Both the position numbers and the translations under genes were made by a program. From positions 1-42,241 of the IMG/VR virus record IMGVR_UViG_3300037590_000130: a stretch of 42,241 bases of DNA; one strand, 5' to 3'. The notes beneath the pieces were generated by a model that saw nothing but the letters and a program-made list of their open reading frames with translations, did not search any database and had not been told where the DNA came from. Positions 8,464 through 17,938 of this stretch are shown here, in pieces. Position 1 is the stretch's first letter; every line of letters begins with the position of its first letter. Source of the stretch: a virus (taxonomy: Duplodnaviria > Caudoviricetes).

Positions 8464-9230
8464 CCCTCGATTACAACCATCGCCCCAGCTTTGCCGAGCG
8501 TGTCAACGAGGTGATCGACGCCGCGCTCACCGCTGAGAACTCTACGCGCGCGCCGCGCGACTATCTTGGTGGCTCCCGCCTTGGCCACGCCTGCGAGCGC
8601 GCGCTGCAATTCGAGTTCACGGACACACTGAAGGATGAAGGCAAGGATTTCTCCGGGCAGTCGCTGCGCATCTTCGCGATCGGTCATTTGCTTGAGGATC
8701 TGGCTGTAGCCTGGCTCCGGCAGGCGGGCTTTGATCTTTACACCCGCAAAGGCAACCGGCCCGATGGTGGCCAGTTCGGCTTCTCTGTCGCGGGGGGGCG
8801 CATCCGCGGCCATGTCGATGGTATTATCGCTGCAGGGCCAGAGGGCTTTGGTCTCACCGTTCCCGCTCTTTGGGAATGCAAGACCATGAACGCGAAGAAC
8901 TGGCGCGCCTGCGTCAAGGATGGCGTGACGAAGTCGAAGCCCGTCTATGCCGCCCAGATTGCCGTCTATCAGGCGTACATGGAGGCCACGATTCCTGGCA
9001 TCTCGGCCAGTCCGGCTCTTTTCACCGCGATCAACAAGGACACGGCCGAGCTGCACCATGAATTGGTGCCCTTCGACGCCGATCTTGCGCAGCGAATGTC
9101 CGATCGCGGTGTGCGCATCCTGCAAGCGACCGATGTGGGTGAGTTGCTGCCACGGGTCGCGGCCAATCAGGACTTCTTCGAATGCCGGTTCTGCTCCTGG
9201 GCCGAACGCTGCTGGAGCCTGCCGACATGA
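8460..9230 (+). CDS. Cas4-like PD-(D/E)XK exonuclease with Fe-S staple
   Basis: HAC...GHVDG...WECKT...QIAVY...CRFCSWAERC (C + CxxCx5C). Confidence 0.85.
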   Translation: MTLDYNHRPSFAERVNEVIDAALTAENSTRAPRDYLGGSRLGHACERALQFEFTDTLKDEGKDFSGQSLRIFAIGHLLEDLAVAWLRQAGFDLYTRKGNRPDGGQFGFSVAGGRIRGHVDGIIAAGPEGFGLTVPALWECKTMNAKNWRACVKDGVTKSKPVYAAQIAVYQAYMEATIPGISASPALFTAINKDTAELHHELVPFDADLAQRMSDRGVRILQATDVGELLPRVAANQDFFECRFCSWAERCWSLPT

Positions 9231-11644
9231 GCGATGCCCCGAAGGACCCGCCCGAAAACGACGACACAGGGAAGGAGGTTACAATGGCTCACGATCATGA
9301 TGACCGTCCAGAAACGACGGAGCCACCGAAGGAAAACCTGATCCATTTCAACCCGTGGCGTGATTTCAACGACGCTGTGCCCGTGGCCGATGTCTTCGGT
9401 GATGAGCCAGACCCTGAACAGATCGCCCAGTTCATGGAGGTGGTCTTTAGCTATTGCGATGGGCTGATCCCGGTCCGGAGCTTCATCGACAAAGGCCAAG
9501 GGATCGATGGGCGCCCGCACAACATCTGGATCGAGGCCGGCGACAACACCACCGAAAAGATGGCGACCTTCGCCAATTGGGCGTCGCGCGAGGGTGCGGC
9601 TGTCTATGTGATCCCCGGCACGGTCGCTGCCGCAGGGCAAGCCAAGGCCGCTGAGGTGCTGCAGATGCAGGCCGTGGTGGTCGACATCGACAATGGCGAC
9701 ATTGCCGCCAAGCGCGCTCATCTTGAACGCCATCTCGGCCCGCCCACCATGGTTGTGGAAAGCGGTGGCATCACGGCTGAGGGACAGCGCAAGGCCCATG
9801 TCTGGTGGAAACTCACCGAACCTGCCGAGGGCAGCGACCTTGCGCGGGTGACGCGCCTGCGCGGTGATATCGCGGTCAAGGTCGGGGGCGACATGCACTT
9901 CCGCTCGGCCCACCAGCCGATCCGGGTCGCGGGCTCGGTCTATTACAAGAACAACCTCAAGACCCAGGTCCAGATCGTCGAATTGAACGCCGAGCGCGAA
10001 CGCGATCTCGGCGAGTTCATCGAGGCGGTGGCTGACATGCCGCCTGCACCGGGCGTGAACCTCGCACCGGATTTCACCACGACGGACAAGCCGCGCGCCG
10101 ATGACGTTCTGGTCACGCCCGTACGCGAAGGTGGTCAGGATGACTGGTCACGGTTCGAGGGCGCCTCGGCCGCCATCGGGTATTTCATCCGCATGGTGCA
10201 CGACGGCCGCCTCTCGAAGGATGAGGGCTGGGAGGCGATCTGTGGCTACAACGCGGCCATGCTACGCCCCCAGTGGCCGGTGGACCGGCTCAAGCGAGAG
10301 TCGGAACGCCTCTGGGCCATCCATGTCGAAAAGCATGGGCCGCCGTTTATCCGCCTCGACAGTGCGGCACCGGCGCCAAACGAAATGCCGACGTTTACGC
10401 TGGGAGCGTTGCTGGACGACGACAGCCCAATGCCTGCGGACATCATTGCGCCGCGTGTGCTGACGCCTGGTGGGCTCTTGGTGCTGGGTGGCGCGCCCAA
10501 GGTCGGCAAGAGCGATCTGCTGATCTCCTGGCTCGTGCACATGGCCGCCGGGCATCCCTTCCTCGGCTTCACCCCGCCGCGCCCGCTGCGCATTTTCTAC
10601 CTGCAGGCCGAGATCCAGTATCACTACCTGCGCGAGCGCATGCAGCAGATCAGCCTGCCGCCGCGTCTCCTGACGGCCGCACGCGACAACCTGGTTGCCA
10701 CGCCGAAGCTAAAGATGCTGCTCGACACCGAGGGCAGCGTCCATGTGGCTCAGGCCATTCGGCGCGCCTTTCCGGCCGAACCTATCGACATCATCTGCAT
10801 CGACCCGATCCGGAACCTCTTTGACGGCGGCCCAGAGGGGGGCGGCGAAAACGACAATGGTGCGATGATGTTCTTCCTGAAGGATCGGGTTGAGGTTCTG
10901 CGCGATCATATCAACCCCGATTGCGGCGTGATCCTCGTTCACCACACAAAGAAGCTGAGCAAGCAGCAGGTTAAGGACGATCCGTTCCTCGCGCTCTCCG
11001 GCGCCAGCGCGTTGCGCGGGTTCTACACCTCGGGGCTGATCCTCCACCGCCCAGATGAGGAAAGTTCACAGCGCCGTCTTGAGATCGAACTGCGCAACGG
11101 TCCGGCGCTGGCCGCTAAGCTGGTTGACAAGGAAAACGACGCTTGGGTCGAAATCAATCCGATGAACGAGCGCCTAGTGCGTAAGGAAGTCGGCGCAAAG
11201 CTCGATGCCGAGAGGCTCCGAAAGCATGATGTCATTCTTGGAATGCTGCTGGACGAGGCGGTGGGCGAGCGTCTCTACACCGGGATGCAGTTCTGCGAGA
11301 GCTTTGAAAACCGAGGCGGTCTTGGCAGCAAGCACACGATCCGCGAGCGCCTCAGCGTCCTCGCCACCAAGGGGTTCGTGAAATTTCTACGTGACCCCTC
11401 GGCATTCGGTTTTCCCATCACCCGGTCGCGGTTCGGCTATCTATGCGTTGAAGGAATGCAGTTCGGCGTACCGATCGAGCATGTCGACCAGGTCACTGGG
11501 GAGGTCACCACTGAGACCCGCCCAGTCCTGCCCAGCCATTTCAAATGCCCCCAATCCGGGCTTAGCCTCGAGGTCGAAAATCCTGCTGTCTGGGTCTACC
11601 CGGAGGGGCTGGATGACGACCTAAGTCATATGAGTGAGGCCTAA
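9227..11644 (+). CDS. Primase-helicase (RepB-like primase domain + AAA_25 helicase)
   Basis: VVVDID, VESGG...HVWW, RVAGS primase motifs; GAPKVGKS, ICIDP, LVHHTKK, SGASAL; alternative start 9284 (GGAGG). Confidence 0.88.
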   Translation: MSDAPKDPPENDDTGKEVTMAHDHDDRPETTEPPKENLIHFNPWRDFNDAVPVADVFGDEPDPEQIAQFMEVVFSYCDGLIPVRSFIDKGQGIDGRPHNIWIEAGDNTTEKMATFANWASREGAAVYVIPGTVAAAGQAKAAEVLQMQAVVVDIDNGDIAAKRAHLERHLGPPTMVVESGGITAEGQRKAHVWWKLTEPAEGSDLARVTRLRGDIAVKVGGDMHFRSAHQPIRVAGSVYYKNNLKTQVQIVELNAERERDLGEFIEAVADMPPAPGVNLAPDFTTTDKPRADDVLVTPVREGGQDDWSRFEGASAAIGYFIRMVHDGRLSKDEGWEAICGYNAAMLRPQWPVDRLKRESERLWAIHVEKHGPPFIRLDSAAPAPNEMPTFTLGALLDDDSPMPADIIAPRVLTPGGLLVLGGAPKVGKSDLLISWLVHMAAGHPFLGFTPPRPLRIFYLQAEIQYHYLRERMQQISLPPRLLTAARDNLVATPKLKMLLDTEGSVHVAQAIRRAFPAEPIDIICIDPIRNLFDGGPEGGGENDNGAMMFFLKDRVEVLRDHINPDCGVILVHHTKKLSKQQVKDDPFLALSGASALRGFYTSGLILHRPDEESSQRRLEIELRNGPALAAKLVDKENDAWVEINPMNERLVRKEVGAKLDAERLRKHDVILGMLLDEAVGERLYTGMQFCESFENRGGLGSKHTIRERLSVLATKGFVKFLRDPSAFGFPITRSRFGYLCVEGMQFGVPIEHVDQVTGEVTTETRPVLPSHFKCPQSGLSLEVENPAVWVYPEGLDDDLSHMSEA

Positions 11645-11677
11645 CTCATATGTGTTCACGAAGTGTGCATCCAATGA

Positions 11678-11690
11678 AATCAATGGGTTA
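11678..11690 (+). promoter_or_regulatory. IHF binding site
   Basis: AATCAATGGGTTA matches WATCAANNNNTTR exactly, in an AT-rich intergenic region. Confidence 0.55.
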
Positions 11691-11981
11691 CCATATGATA
11701 TGTCTTCGGCGCCTATGTCATGGCCGAAGACTTCAGGAAGTCATTTTCTTAAATGATTTCAGTATTTTGGTCGGTGAAGAACAGTTAGGTGCTGAACCCC
11801 CATACTGCGTATGGGGAGGCCACCCCCTAGGGTTGGCCTCTCCTCCCGTACGTCAGGCCCAATCGCGGGGTCCACCACGTCGTACAGATTGAATTCTGAT
11901 CCGACGACGGCGGCCGGTACCGCCAAGCATCAACCGCCGTCGTCTTCCACCCGAGCAGCCAACCAGAAGAGGAGGCCGCAC

Positions 11982-12518
11982 ATGGCTAACCCGACTCTCC
12001 CTAGCGTCAATCCTGACGCAACCCTGAAAACGCCGTCGCTGTCTGAACCGGCACGCACGATCCTTGCGCTTGATCTTGGCACCACGACCGGCTGGGCCCT
12101 GCGCGGCTATGACGGTCTGATCACCACCGGAACAGCCAGCTTCCGCCCCGGTCGCTTCGATGGCGGCGGCATGCGCTATCTGCGCTTCACGAACTGGCTG
12201 ACAGAACTCGACCGCCTGTCCGGTCCGATTAATGCGATTTGGTTCGAGGAAGTGCGCCGTCACGCTGGCACCGATGCAAGCCACATCTACGGCGGACTCA
12301 TGGCGACTTTGACGTCATGGGCTGAATTGCGCGGCGTGCCCTACGAGGGCGTCCCTGTCGGCACCATCAAACGCCATGCCACCGGCAAGGGTAACGCATC
12401 AAAAGACTCTATGGTCGCTGCTGCACGTGCGCGTGGTTACAGCCCGGCGGACGACAACGAGGCTGACGCGATAGCCATCCTGCACTGGGCCCTCGAGACC
12501 CGTGGAGGCGTGGCATGA
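11982..12518 (+). CDS. RuvC-like Holliday junction resolvase
   Basis: ILALDLGTTTGWA, FEEV, KRHATGKGNASK, DNEADAIA; SD GAGGAGG before ATG 11982. Confidence 0.85.
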   Translation: MANPTLPSVNPDATLKTPSLSEPARTILALDLGTTTGWALRGYDGLITTGTASFRPGRFDGGGMRYLRFTNWLTELDRLSGPINAIWFEEVRRHAGTDASHIYGGLMATLTSWAELRGVPYEGVPVGTIKRHATGKGNASKDSMVAAARARGYSPADDNEADAIAILHWALETRGGVA

Positions 12519-12715
12519 GGATTTACCCCAAAGGCTATGGTGGCCAGCGTCGGTCGCCCGAAGAGGTCAAACGTGATGGCTGGCACGAACAGGGTTTGCT
12601 GGCGGTGAGCGTGAATGACCAACGGCTGACATGGCCAGAGCGCGCCTTGGTCGAACAGCTCGGCACGAAGCTTTATGGCAAGCGCGTCGAAGGTGGGGAG
12701 GTACGCCATGGCTGA
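12515..12715 (+). CDS. Hypothetical phage protein (66 aa)
   Basis: ATGA overlap upstream, overlaps the downstream start. Confidence 0.7.
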   Translation: MRIYPKGYGGQRRSPEEVKRDGWHEQGLLAVSVNDQRLTWPERALVEQLGTKLYGKRVEGGEVRHG

Positions 12716-13094
12716 TCGCACCTGGACGGCTGACGACGTCGCCGATCATTTCGAGGAGGCGTTCCGCACTCTGCGCAAGCTGCCGCCGGTGAAGGTGCAG
12801 GCATACTTCAACGCCTGGCCGCAGATCGTGCGGTCGGAAAAGGAGATCCTCGCGATGGAGCCCGAGCCCATGCGTGTCCGCCCTTCGACCGCTGCCATCA
12901 CGCGGCTGGAGCAAACCTTTGACTGGGTGCTGTGGATCGACGAGGACGAACGTCGATTGATCTGGTGGCGAGCGGCCCGCCGTCCCTGGAAGGAGATCAC
13001 CTACGAATTGGGCGTTGATCGCAGCACCGCTTGGCGGCAGCACAAGCTCGCGTTGACCAAGATTGCGGCGCGGCTCAATGCTGCAGCTGCATAA
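12708..13094 (+). CDS. DUF6362-like HTH protein, probable late-gene regulator
   Basis: C-terminal HTH WKEITYELGVDRSTAWRQHKLAL; last early gene before the cos region (lambda Q position). Confidence 0.7.
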   Translation: MADRTWTADDVADHFEEAFRTLRKLPPVKVQAYFNAWPQIVRSEKEILAMEPEPMRVRPSTAAITRLEQTFDWVLWIDEDERRLIWWRAARRPWKEITYELGVDRSTAWRQHKLALTKIAARLNAAAA

Positions 13095-13110
13095 AGTGTT
13101 GCAACACTTT
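13093..13110. promoter_or_regulatory. Perfect 18-bp palindrome, putative operator
   Basis: AAAGTGTTGCAACACTTT; TGCAACA recurs at 13124-13130. Confidence 0.6.
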
Positions 13111-13156
13111 TGTTTTCGACAGATGCAACAAATTCATGCTATGTGAAGCATATGAT

Positions 13157-13193
13157 GGGGAGAGTACGTCGCGGAGACGTCTCTCCCCGTTTT
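13157..13193 (+). terminator. Strong hairpin with short T tract (putative tR'-like terminator or 5' leader)
   Basis: GGGGAGAG(t)ACGTC gcgga GACGT CTCTCCCC then GTTTT. Confidence 0.45.
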
Positions 13194-13297
13194 CGTAATG
13201 GATTTGGGTGGTTCGAAGCGGTGCAAATGGTGCCCGGGTTTCCGAGAAAACTGTCTCCAATCACAATGTTGTACCGCGTAACCCATTGAAATTGAAC

Positions 13298-13490
13298 GGG
13301 TCCCTCCTGTTTGCAACCGTATTCGGGGGGGCGAGGCCCGAGGGTTTCCCAGTGACACCCCTGAAAATACCCGTTTCGTTTCGGTTTGCGCCGAACCCCA
13401 ACAAAACAAAGGCTTGACGGCCTGACAAACCACGCCTGAACCGAAACGGGGATCCGACCCCATTTCGCTTTGGCCCTCAGACCCGTTTCG
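13298..13490 (+). other. Putative cos packaging site (cosQ-cosN-cosB-like)
   Basis: GGGTCCC, then TTCG-GGGGGGCGAGGC-CCGAGGGTTT resembling lambda cosN, then CCC(G/A)TTTCG repeats and IHF-like sites. Confidence 0.65.
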
Positions 13491-13517
13491 CTTTCGGGCA
13501 TCCTCAAGGACAATACC

Positions 13518-14750
13518 ATGGACGTCGTCGACCTGCCGCTTGAGCAGATCATTCCCTATGCGCGCAACCCGCGGCGCTACGAGCAGGCGATCGCAACGGT
13601 CGCGGCGTCGATCCAGGAGTTCGGGTGGCGCCAGCCCATCGTTGTCGACGAGGCGATGGTCGTGCTGGCTGGGCACACCCGGCTGGAAGCGGCCCGCAAG
13701 CTCGGCTTCAAGACTGTGCCAGTGCATGTCGCCAAGGGGCTGACGGTCAGCCAAGCACGCGCCTTCCGGATCATGGACAACCGCTCGAGTGAAAACGCGG
13801 AGTGGGACAAGGACCTCTTGAACCTCGAACTGGCGGACCTTTTGGAGGCGGATTTCAATCTCGGGCTGACGGGCTTCACAGACGACGAGTTGAATGCGCT
13901 GATGTCGAGCCTCGACGAAGGCACCGGTCCGCAGGAGGGCGAGGACGATGTTCCGGAAACCCCCGAGGTTCCGATCAGCCGCCCGGGCGATCTCTGGATC
14001 CTCGGGAACCACCGGCTGCTCTGCGGCGACAGCACGGTTGCCACGGATGTCGAGAGAGTGCTGAACGGCGTAAAGCCGCTCTTGCTTGTCAGCGATCCAC
14101 CGTACGGTGTGGAATACGATCCCAGTTGGCGCAACCAGGCGGGCGCGGCGAAGACCAAACGCACGGGCAAGGTGCTGAATGATGATCGCGCTGACTGGCG
14201 CGAGGCCTGGGCCCTGTTTCCCGGCGATGTCGCCTATGTCTGGCATGGCGCGCTGCATGCCGCCACGGTCGCCGAAAGTCTCGAGGTCGCGGGCTTCACC
14301 ATCCGGTCCCAGATCATATGGGCCAAGGAGCGGTTGGTTCTGAGCCGGGGCGATTATCACTGGCAGCACGAGCCCGCCTGGTACGCCGTGCGCAAGTCCG
14401 GCAAGGGCCATTGGGCAGGCGACCGCAAGCAGACGACGCTTTGGCAGATTGCCAACAAGGATCAGGACGAAAAAACCGTCCACGGGACGCAGAAGCCCGT
14501 GGAATGCATGCGCCGGCCGATCCTCAACAATTCGAGCCCGGGTCAGGCGGTCTACGAGCCTTTCATGGGATCGGGCACCACGCTGATCGCCGCCGAGACG
14601 ACTGGACGGGTCTGCCTTGGTATCGAGCTGAACCCGGCTTACGTCGATGTGGCCGTCCAGCGTTGGCAGAAGTTTACGGGCAAGCAGGCGTTTCTTGAGG
14701 GCAGTGACACCACTTTCGATGCGCTGGCGGCGGAACGTGAGGCCGCATGA
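13518..14750 (+). CDS. ParB-domain N6A/N4C DNA methyltransferase (beta class)
   Basis: N-terminal ParB (NPR...PIVVD...AGHTRL); SDPPY precedes HGTQKP and EPFMGSGTT. Confidence 0.92.
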   Translation: MDVVDLPLEQIIPYARNPRRYEQAIATVAASIQEFGWRQPIVVDEAMVVLAGHTRLEAARKLGFKTVPVHVAKGLTVSQARAFRIMDNRSSENAEWDKDLLNLELADLLEADFNLGLTGFTDDELNALMSSLDEGTGPQEGEDDVPETPEVPISRPGDLWILGNHRLLCGDSTVATDVERVLNGVKPLLLVSDPPYGVEYDPSWRNQAGAAKTKRTGKVLNDDRADWREAWALFPGDVAYVWHGALHAATVAESLEVAGFTIRSQIIWAKERLVLSRGDYHWQHEPAWYAVRKSGKGHWAGDRKQTTLWQIANKDQDEKTVHGTQKPVECMRRPILNNSSPGQAVYEPFMGSGTTLIAAETTGRVCLGIELNPAYVDVAVQRWQKFTGKQAFLEGSDTTFDALAAEREAA

Positions 14751-14974
14751 AACAGTCTCGCCTCATGTCGTTGGTCGAGGCCGTCGCCAATGTAATCGTC
14801 GGTTACGGCGTTGCGGTCGTGACGCAGATTCTGATCTTCCCGATATTTGGGCTGCAAACGACACTCGGACAAAACCTCGCGATGGGCGGAATCTTCACGA
14901 TCGTCAGCCTGTTTCGCTCGTTCCTGCTGCGGCGGCTCTTCGAGGCCATTCGGGTGGCGAAACCCGAGGGCTAG
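14747..14974 (+). CDS. Small two-TM membrane protein
   Basis: Two hydrophobic segments; ATGA overlap with the MTase. Confidence 0.7.
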   Translation: MKQSRLMSLVEAVANVIVGYGVAVVTQILIFPIFGLQTTLGQNLAMGGIFTIVSLFRSFLLRRLFEAIRVAKPEG

Positions 14975-15189
14975 ATCAGGCCGAGGCCTTTCAGGCAGCT
15001 GGCGGTGTCCATCAGCTGATGGGTTGGGACTTCGATCTTGATGGTGAAGCTATCGGCAGAGGTCTGGGCGTAAACGCCGCCATCGTCCATCAATGCCATC
15101 TCGATCTCTTCAAGGACGACGGTGATGCGGCTGCGATCAAAGTGCTCGGGCAGGTTCCGGATGGGAAGCCGAATGCTGGTGGTTTCCAT
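14971..15189 (-). CDS. Hypothetical protein (72 aa)
   Basis: METTSIRLPIRNLPEHFDRS...; start trimmed to ATG 15189, just after the upstream antisense gene. Confidence 0.6.
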   Translation of the reverse strand: METTSIRLPIRNLPEHFDRSRITVVLEEIEMALMDDGGVYAQTSADSFTIKIEVPTHQLMDTASCLKGLGLI

Positions 15190-15194
15190 GGGGT

Positions 15195-15407
15195 TTACTC
15201 CGCGTGCTCGCCTTCTTTGAAGGCGCTGTCCGTGATGCGCTTCAGGAGTTCGGCGTAATAGTCGAGGTTGCCGACATGGCCCCAATGCAGGGCGTCAGGG
15301 TCGGAGCCGAAGTTCGTGTCGCTCAGCGCCTGTAGCCGCGCGAGCATTGCGTCGATCGCGGCCTTCTTCGCGATAAACGCGTCTTTGGCTGTGGGGTGGT
15401 GGCTCAT
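15195..15407 (-). CDS. Hypothetical protein (70 aa)
   Basis: Compact helical ORF (LARLQALSD...HWGHVGNLDYYAELLKRI) co-oriented with 14971-15189. Confidence 0.65.
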   Translation of the reverse strand: MSHHPTAKDAFIAKKAAIDAMLARLQALSDTNFGSDPDALHWGHVGNLDYYAELLKRITDSAFKEGEHAE

Positions 15408-15521
15408 CTCGATGCGTCCTGAATTGCGTCTCTGATGTCTTGAGGTTCGCTCTAGTGGCGAGGTTTATCCAGTGAATTCGACGCAATTTCATACGGTTAA
15501 TTGCACTCTCGGGGTCTGCGA

Positions 15522-16118
15522 ATGTCATCCGCCACACAACCCATCGGCGTGATCGCGCGGCTGCTCGACCTCTCAGAACGGCGTGTCCAGCAACTGAGCC
15601 GCGAGGGCGTGATCCCCAAGGCAGAGCGCGGGCAATATGATCTGATCGGGTCGGTGCGCGGTTATGTGCGCTATCTGCGCGATCAGGCGCTGAAGGCGCA
15701 GGCCGGTGCGCCAGACTATGCTGCCGAACGCGCGCGCTTCATCCGGGCGCGGGCCGACCTCGCCGAGATGGAGGCCGAGGAAAAGCGCCGTTCGCTGATC
15801 GCCGCCGAACAGATCGAGGCGGCCTGGATCGCGGTGTTGGCGCTCTTGCGCACCCGCCTGCTGGCCCTGCCTGACCGGCTGGCACCACAGGCCTTTGAAC
15901 AATCAACCGTCGGAGACACCCGGAACCTGATCCGCGCCGCCATCCGCGAGGTGCTCGATGATCTCGCGCAGCCAGAAATTGAACTTGAAGCCGACATTGA
16001 CCTTGCAGGGGTCAGCGATCCTGAAGCGGACGGTGGCGAAAGCACTGGCAGTTCTGAAGCCACCGCCGGATCTGACGATCAGCGATTGGGCCGATCAGAA
16101 CCGACGGCTGAGCTCTGA
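15522..16118 (+). CDS. terS: Terminase small subunit (Nu1-like)
   Basis: N-terminal wHTH IARLLDLSERRVQQL...GQYDL, coiled coil; overlaps terL as in lambda. Confidence 0.85.
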   Translation: MSSATQPIGVIARLLDLSERRVQQLSREGVIPKAERGQYDLIGSVRGYVRYLRDQALKAQAGAPDYAAERARFIRARADLAEMEAEEKRRSLIAAEQIEAAWIAVLALLRTRLLALPDRLAPQAFEQSTVGDTRNLIRAAIREVLDDLAQPEIELEADIDLAGVSDPEADGGESTGSSEATAGSDDQRLGRSEPTAEL

Positions 16119-17928
16119 AGCCAGCGCCGAGCCCGGCCAGTGGCGCACGAGCCGCGCCGAATACCAGCGCGGGATCATGGATGCGATTTCGGATCCGGCA
16201 GCCGAGACCGTCGTGATCATGTCGAGCAGCCAAATTGGCAAATCGGAGTCGATCCTTAATATGGTCGGCTATCACATCGACCATGACCCGGCGCCGATCA
16301 TGGTGGTGATGCCGACCGAACGGGATGCCGAAACCTGGTCGAAGGACCGCTTCTCGCCGATGGCGCGGGACACGCCCTGCCTGCAGGGCAAGATCGCCGA
16401 TCCGCGTTCGCGGGACGGCAACAACAAGATCCTGCACAAGCGGTTCCCGGGTGGGCATCTGACCATCGTCGGAGCCAACGCGCCTTCGGGGCTCGCAAGC
16501 CGACCGATCCGGCTCCTCTTGTGCGACGAGGTCGATCGCTATCCGTTCAGCGCGGGGGCCGAGGGCGACCCGGTCAACCTCGCGAAGAAGCGGACGGTGA
16601 CGTTCTGGAACCGCAAGATCGTGCTGGTCTCAACGCCGACGAACAAGGGTGCCAGTCGAATTGAGGCGGCATTCGAGGAGAGCGATCAGCGTCGGTATTG
16701 GGTGCCGTGCCCGGCGTGTGACGCAGAACAGTTGCTGACCTGGGGCCAGGTCAAATGGGACAAGGACGAGAACGGCGGTCATCGCCCCGAAACCGCGCGC
16801 TACCACTGCGCTGACTGCGACGTCGCGTGGAAGGATGAGACCCGCTGGGCAGCAATCTCCAAGGGACGCTGGATCGCGGATGCGCCGTTCAACGGGACGG
16901 CCGGATTCCATCTGAACGAGATCTATTCGCCCTGGGTGCGGCTCGAGGCCATGGCTAAGGCGTTTCTATCGGCGCGCGCGGGTGGGGACGAAACGATGAA
17001 GACCTTCATCAACACCTCCCTCGGCGAGACCTGGATGGAAAGCGGAGAGGCGCCTGACTGGCAGCGGCTTCAAGGGCTGAAAGAGGATTGGCGCGCAGGC
17101 ACGGTGCCGGCCGGCGGGCTGTTTCTGACCGCTGGCGCCGACGTCCAGAAAGACCGGATCGAGGTTGATGTTTGGGCATGGGGCAAGGGCCTGCAAAGCT
17201 GGCTCATTGACCACATCGTCATCGACGGCGGTCCTGGCGATCCGGCGTGCTGGCAGAAACTCTCCGACCTCCTTGGCCGGACGTGGGTTCACGCAAGCGG
17301 CACACCGATGACCATTGCACGGCTTGCGATCGACACAGGCTATGAAACTGCTGCCGTCTATGCCTGGGCGCGCCAGGTGGGCTTTGGCCAGGTCGCGCCG
17401 ATCAAGGGCCTTGAGGGCTTCAATAGAGCAAGCCCCGTCACAGGCCCAACCTTTGTGGACGCCACAATAGGTGGGAAACGCCTGCGCCGCGGGGCACGGC
17501 TTTGGACCATCGCCACCTCGACATTCAAGGCCGAGACCTATCGCTTCCTGCGGCTTGATCCGTTGGAAACCAGCCCGGCGGATGTGGAGACGTTCCCTCC
17601 CGGCTTTCTTCATCTGCCGGGCTGGGTCGATGCCGAATGGCTGAAGCAGCTGACGGCTGAGCAACTGGTCACGGTCAAGAATAAACGCGGCTTCGCGAAA
17701 CTCGAATGGCAGAAGCTGCGGGAACGCAACGAGGCACTCGATTGCCGGGTTTATGCCCGCGCGGCCGCTTGGATCCTCGGCGCGGACCGCTGGTCAGACG
17801 CGAGGTGGGAAGAACTCGCGGCGCAGTTTGCGGTTGCTGATGGCAGGGGCACGGCCTCTGCCACAGGCCTGAAACCTGCTCGCAAAACGCAGGTCCGCCG
17901 CGTCGCGCGGTCATCCTATATGGGATAA
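15958..17928 (+). CDS. terL: Terminase large subunit (GpA family); exact start uncertain
   Basis: SSQIGKSE, LLLCDEVD, VSTPT, CPAC...CADC, AGADVQ, NEALDC. Confidence 0.95.
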   Translation: MISRSQKLNLKPTLTLQGSAILKRTVAKALAVLKPPPDLTISDWADQNRRLSSEASAEPGQWRTSRAEYQRGIMDAISDPAAETVVIMSSSQIGKSESILNMVGYHIDHDPAPIMVVMPTERDAETWSKDRFSPMARDTPCLQGKIADPRSRDGNNKILHKRFPGGHLTIVGANAPSGLASRPIRLLLCDEVDRYPFSAGAEGDPVNLAKKRTVTFWNRKIVLVSTPTNKGASRIEAAFEESDQRRYWVPCPACDAEQLLTWGQVKWDKDENGGHRPETARYHCADCDVAWKDETRWAAISKGRWIADAPFNGTAGFHLNEIYSPWVRLEAMAKAFLSARAGGDETMKTFINTSLGETWMESGEAPDWQRLQGLKEDWRAGTVPAGGLFLTAGADVQKDRIEVDVWAWGKGLQSWLIDHIVIDGGPGDPACWQKLSDLLGRTWVHASGTPMTIARLAIDTGYETAAVYAWARQVGFGQVAPIKGLEGFNRASPVTGPTFVDATIGGKRLRRGARLWTIATSTFKAETYRFLRLDPLETSPADVETFPPGFLHLPGWVDAEWLKQLTAEQLVTVKNKRGFAKLEWQKLRERNEALDCRVYARAAAWILGADRWSDARWEELAAQFAVADGRGTASATGLKPARKTQVRRVARSSYMG

Positions 17929-17938
17929 GCCAATGTAA

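Noticed and set aside
8460-9230. Cas4-like gene as evidence of CRISPR-Cas
   Set aside because: No repeat-spacer array or other cas genes; solo Cas4-like nucleases are usual in phage replication modules
13518-14750. MTase as part of a restriction-modification system
   Set aside because: No adjacent endonuclease; orphan ParB-MTases near terminase genes are common in such prophages
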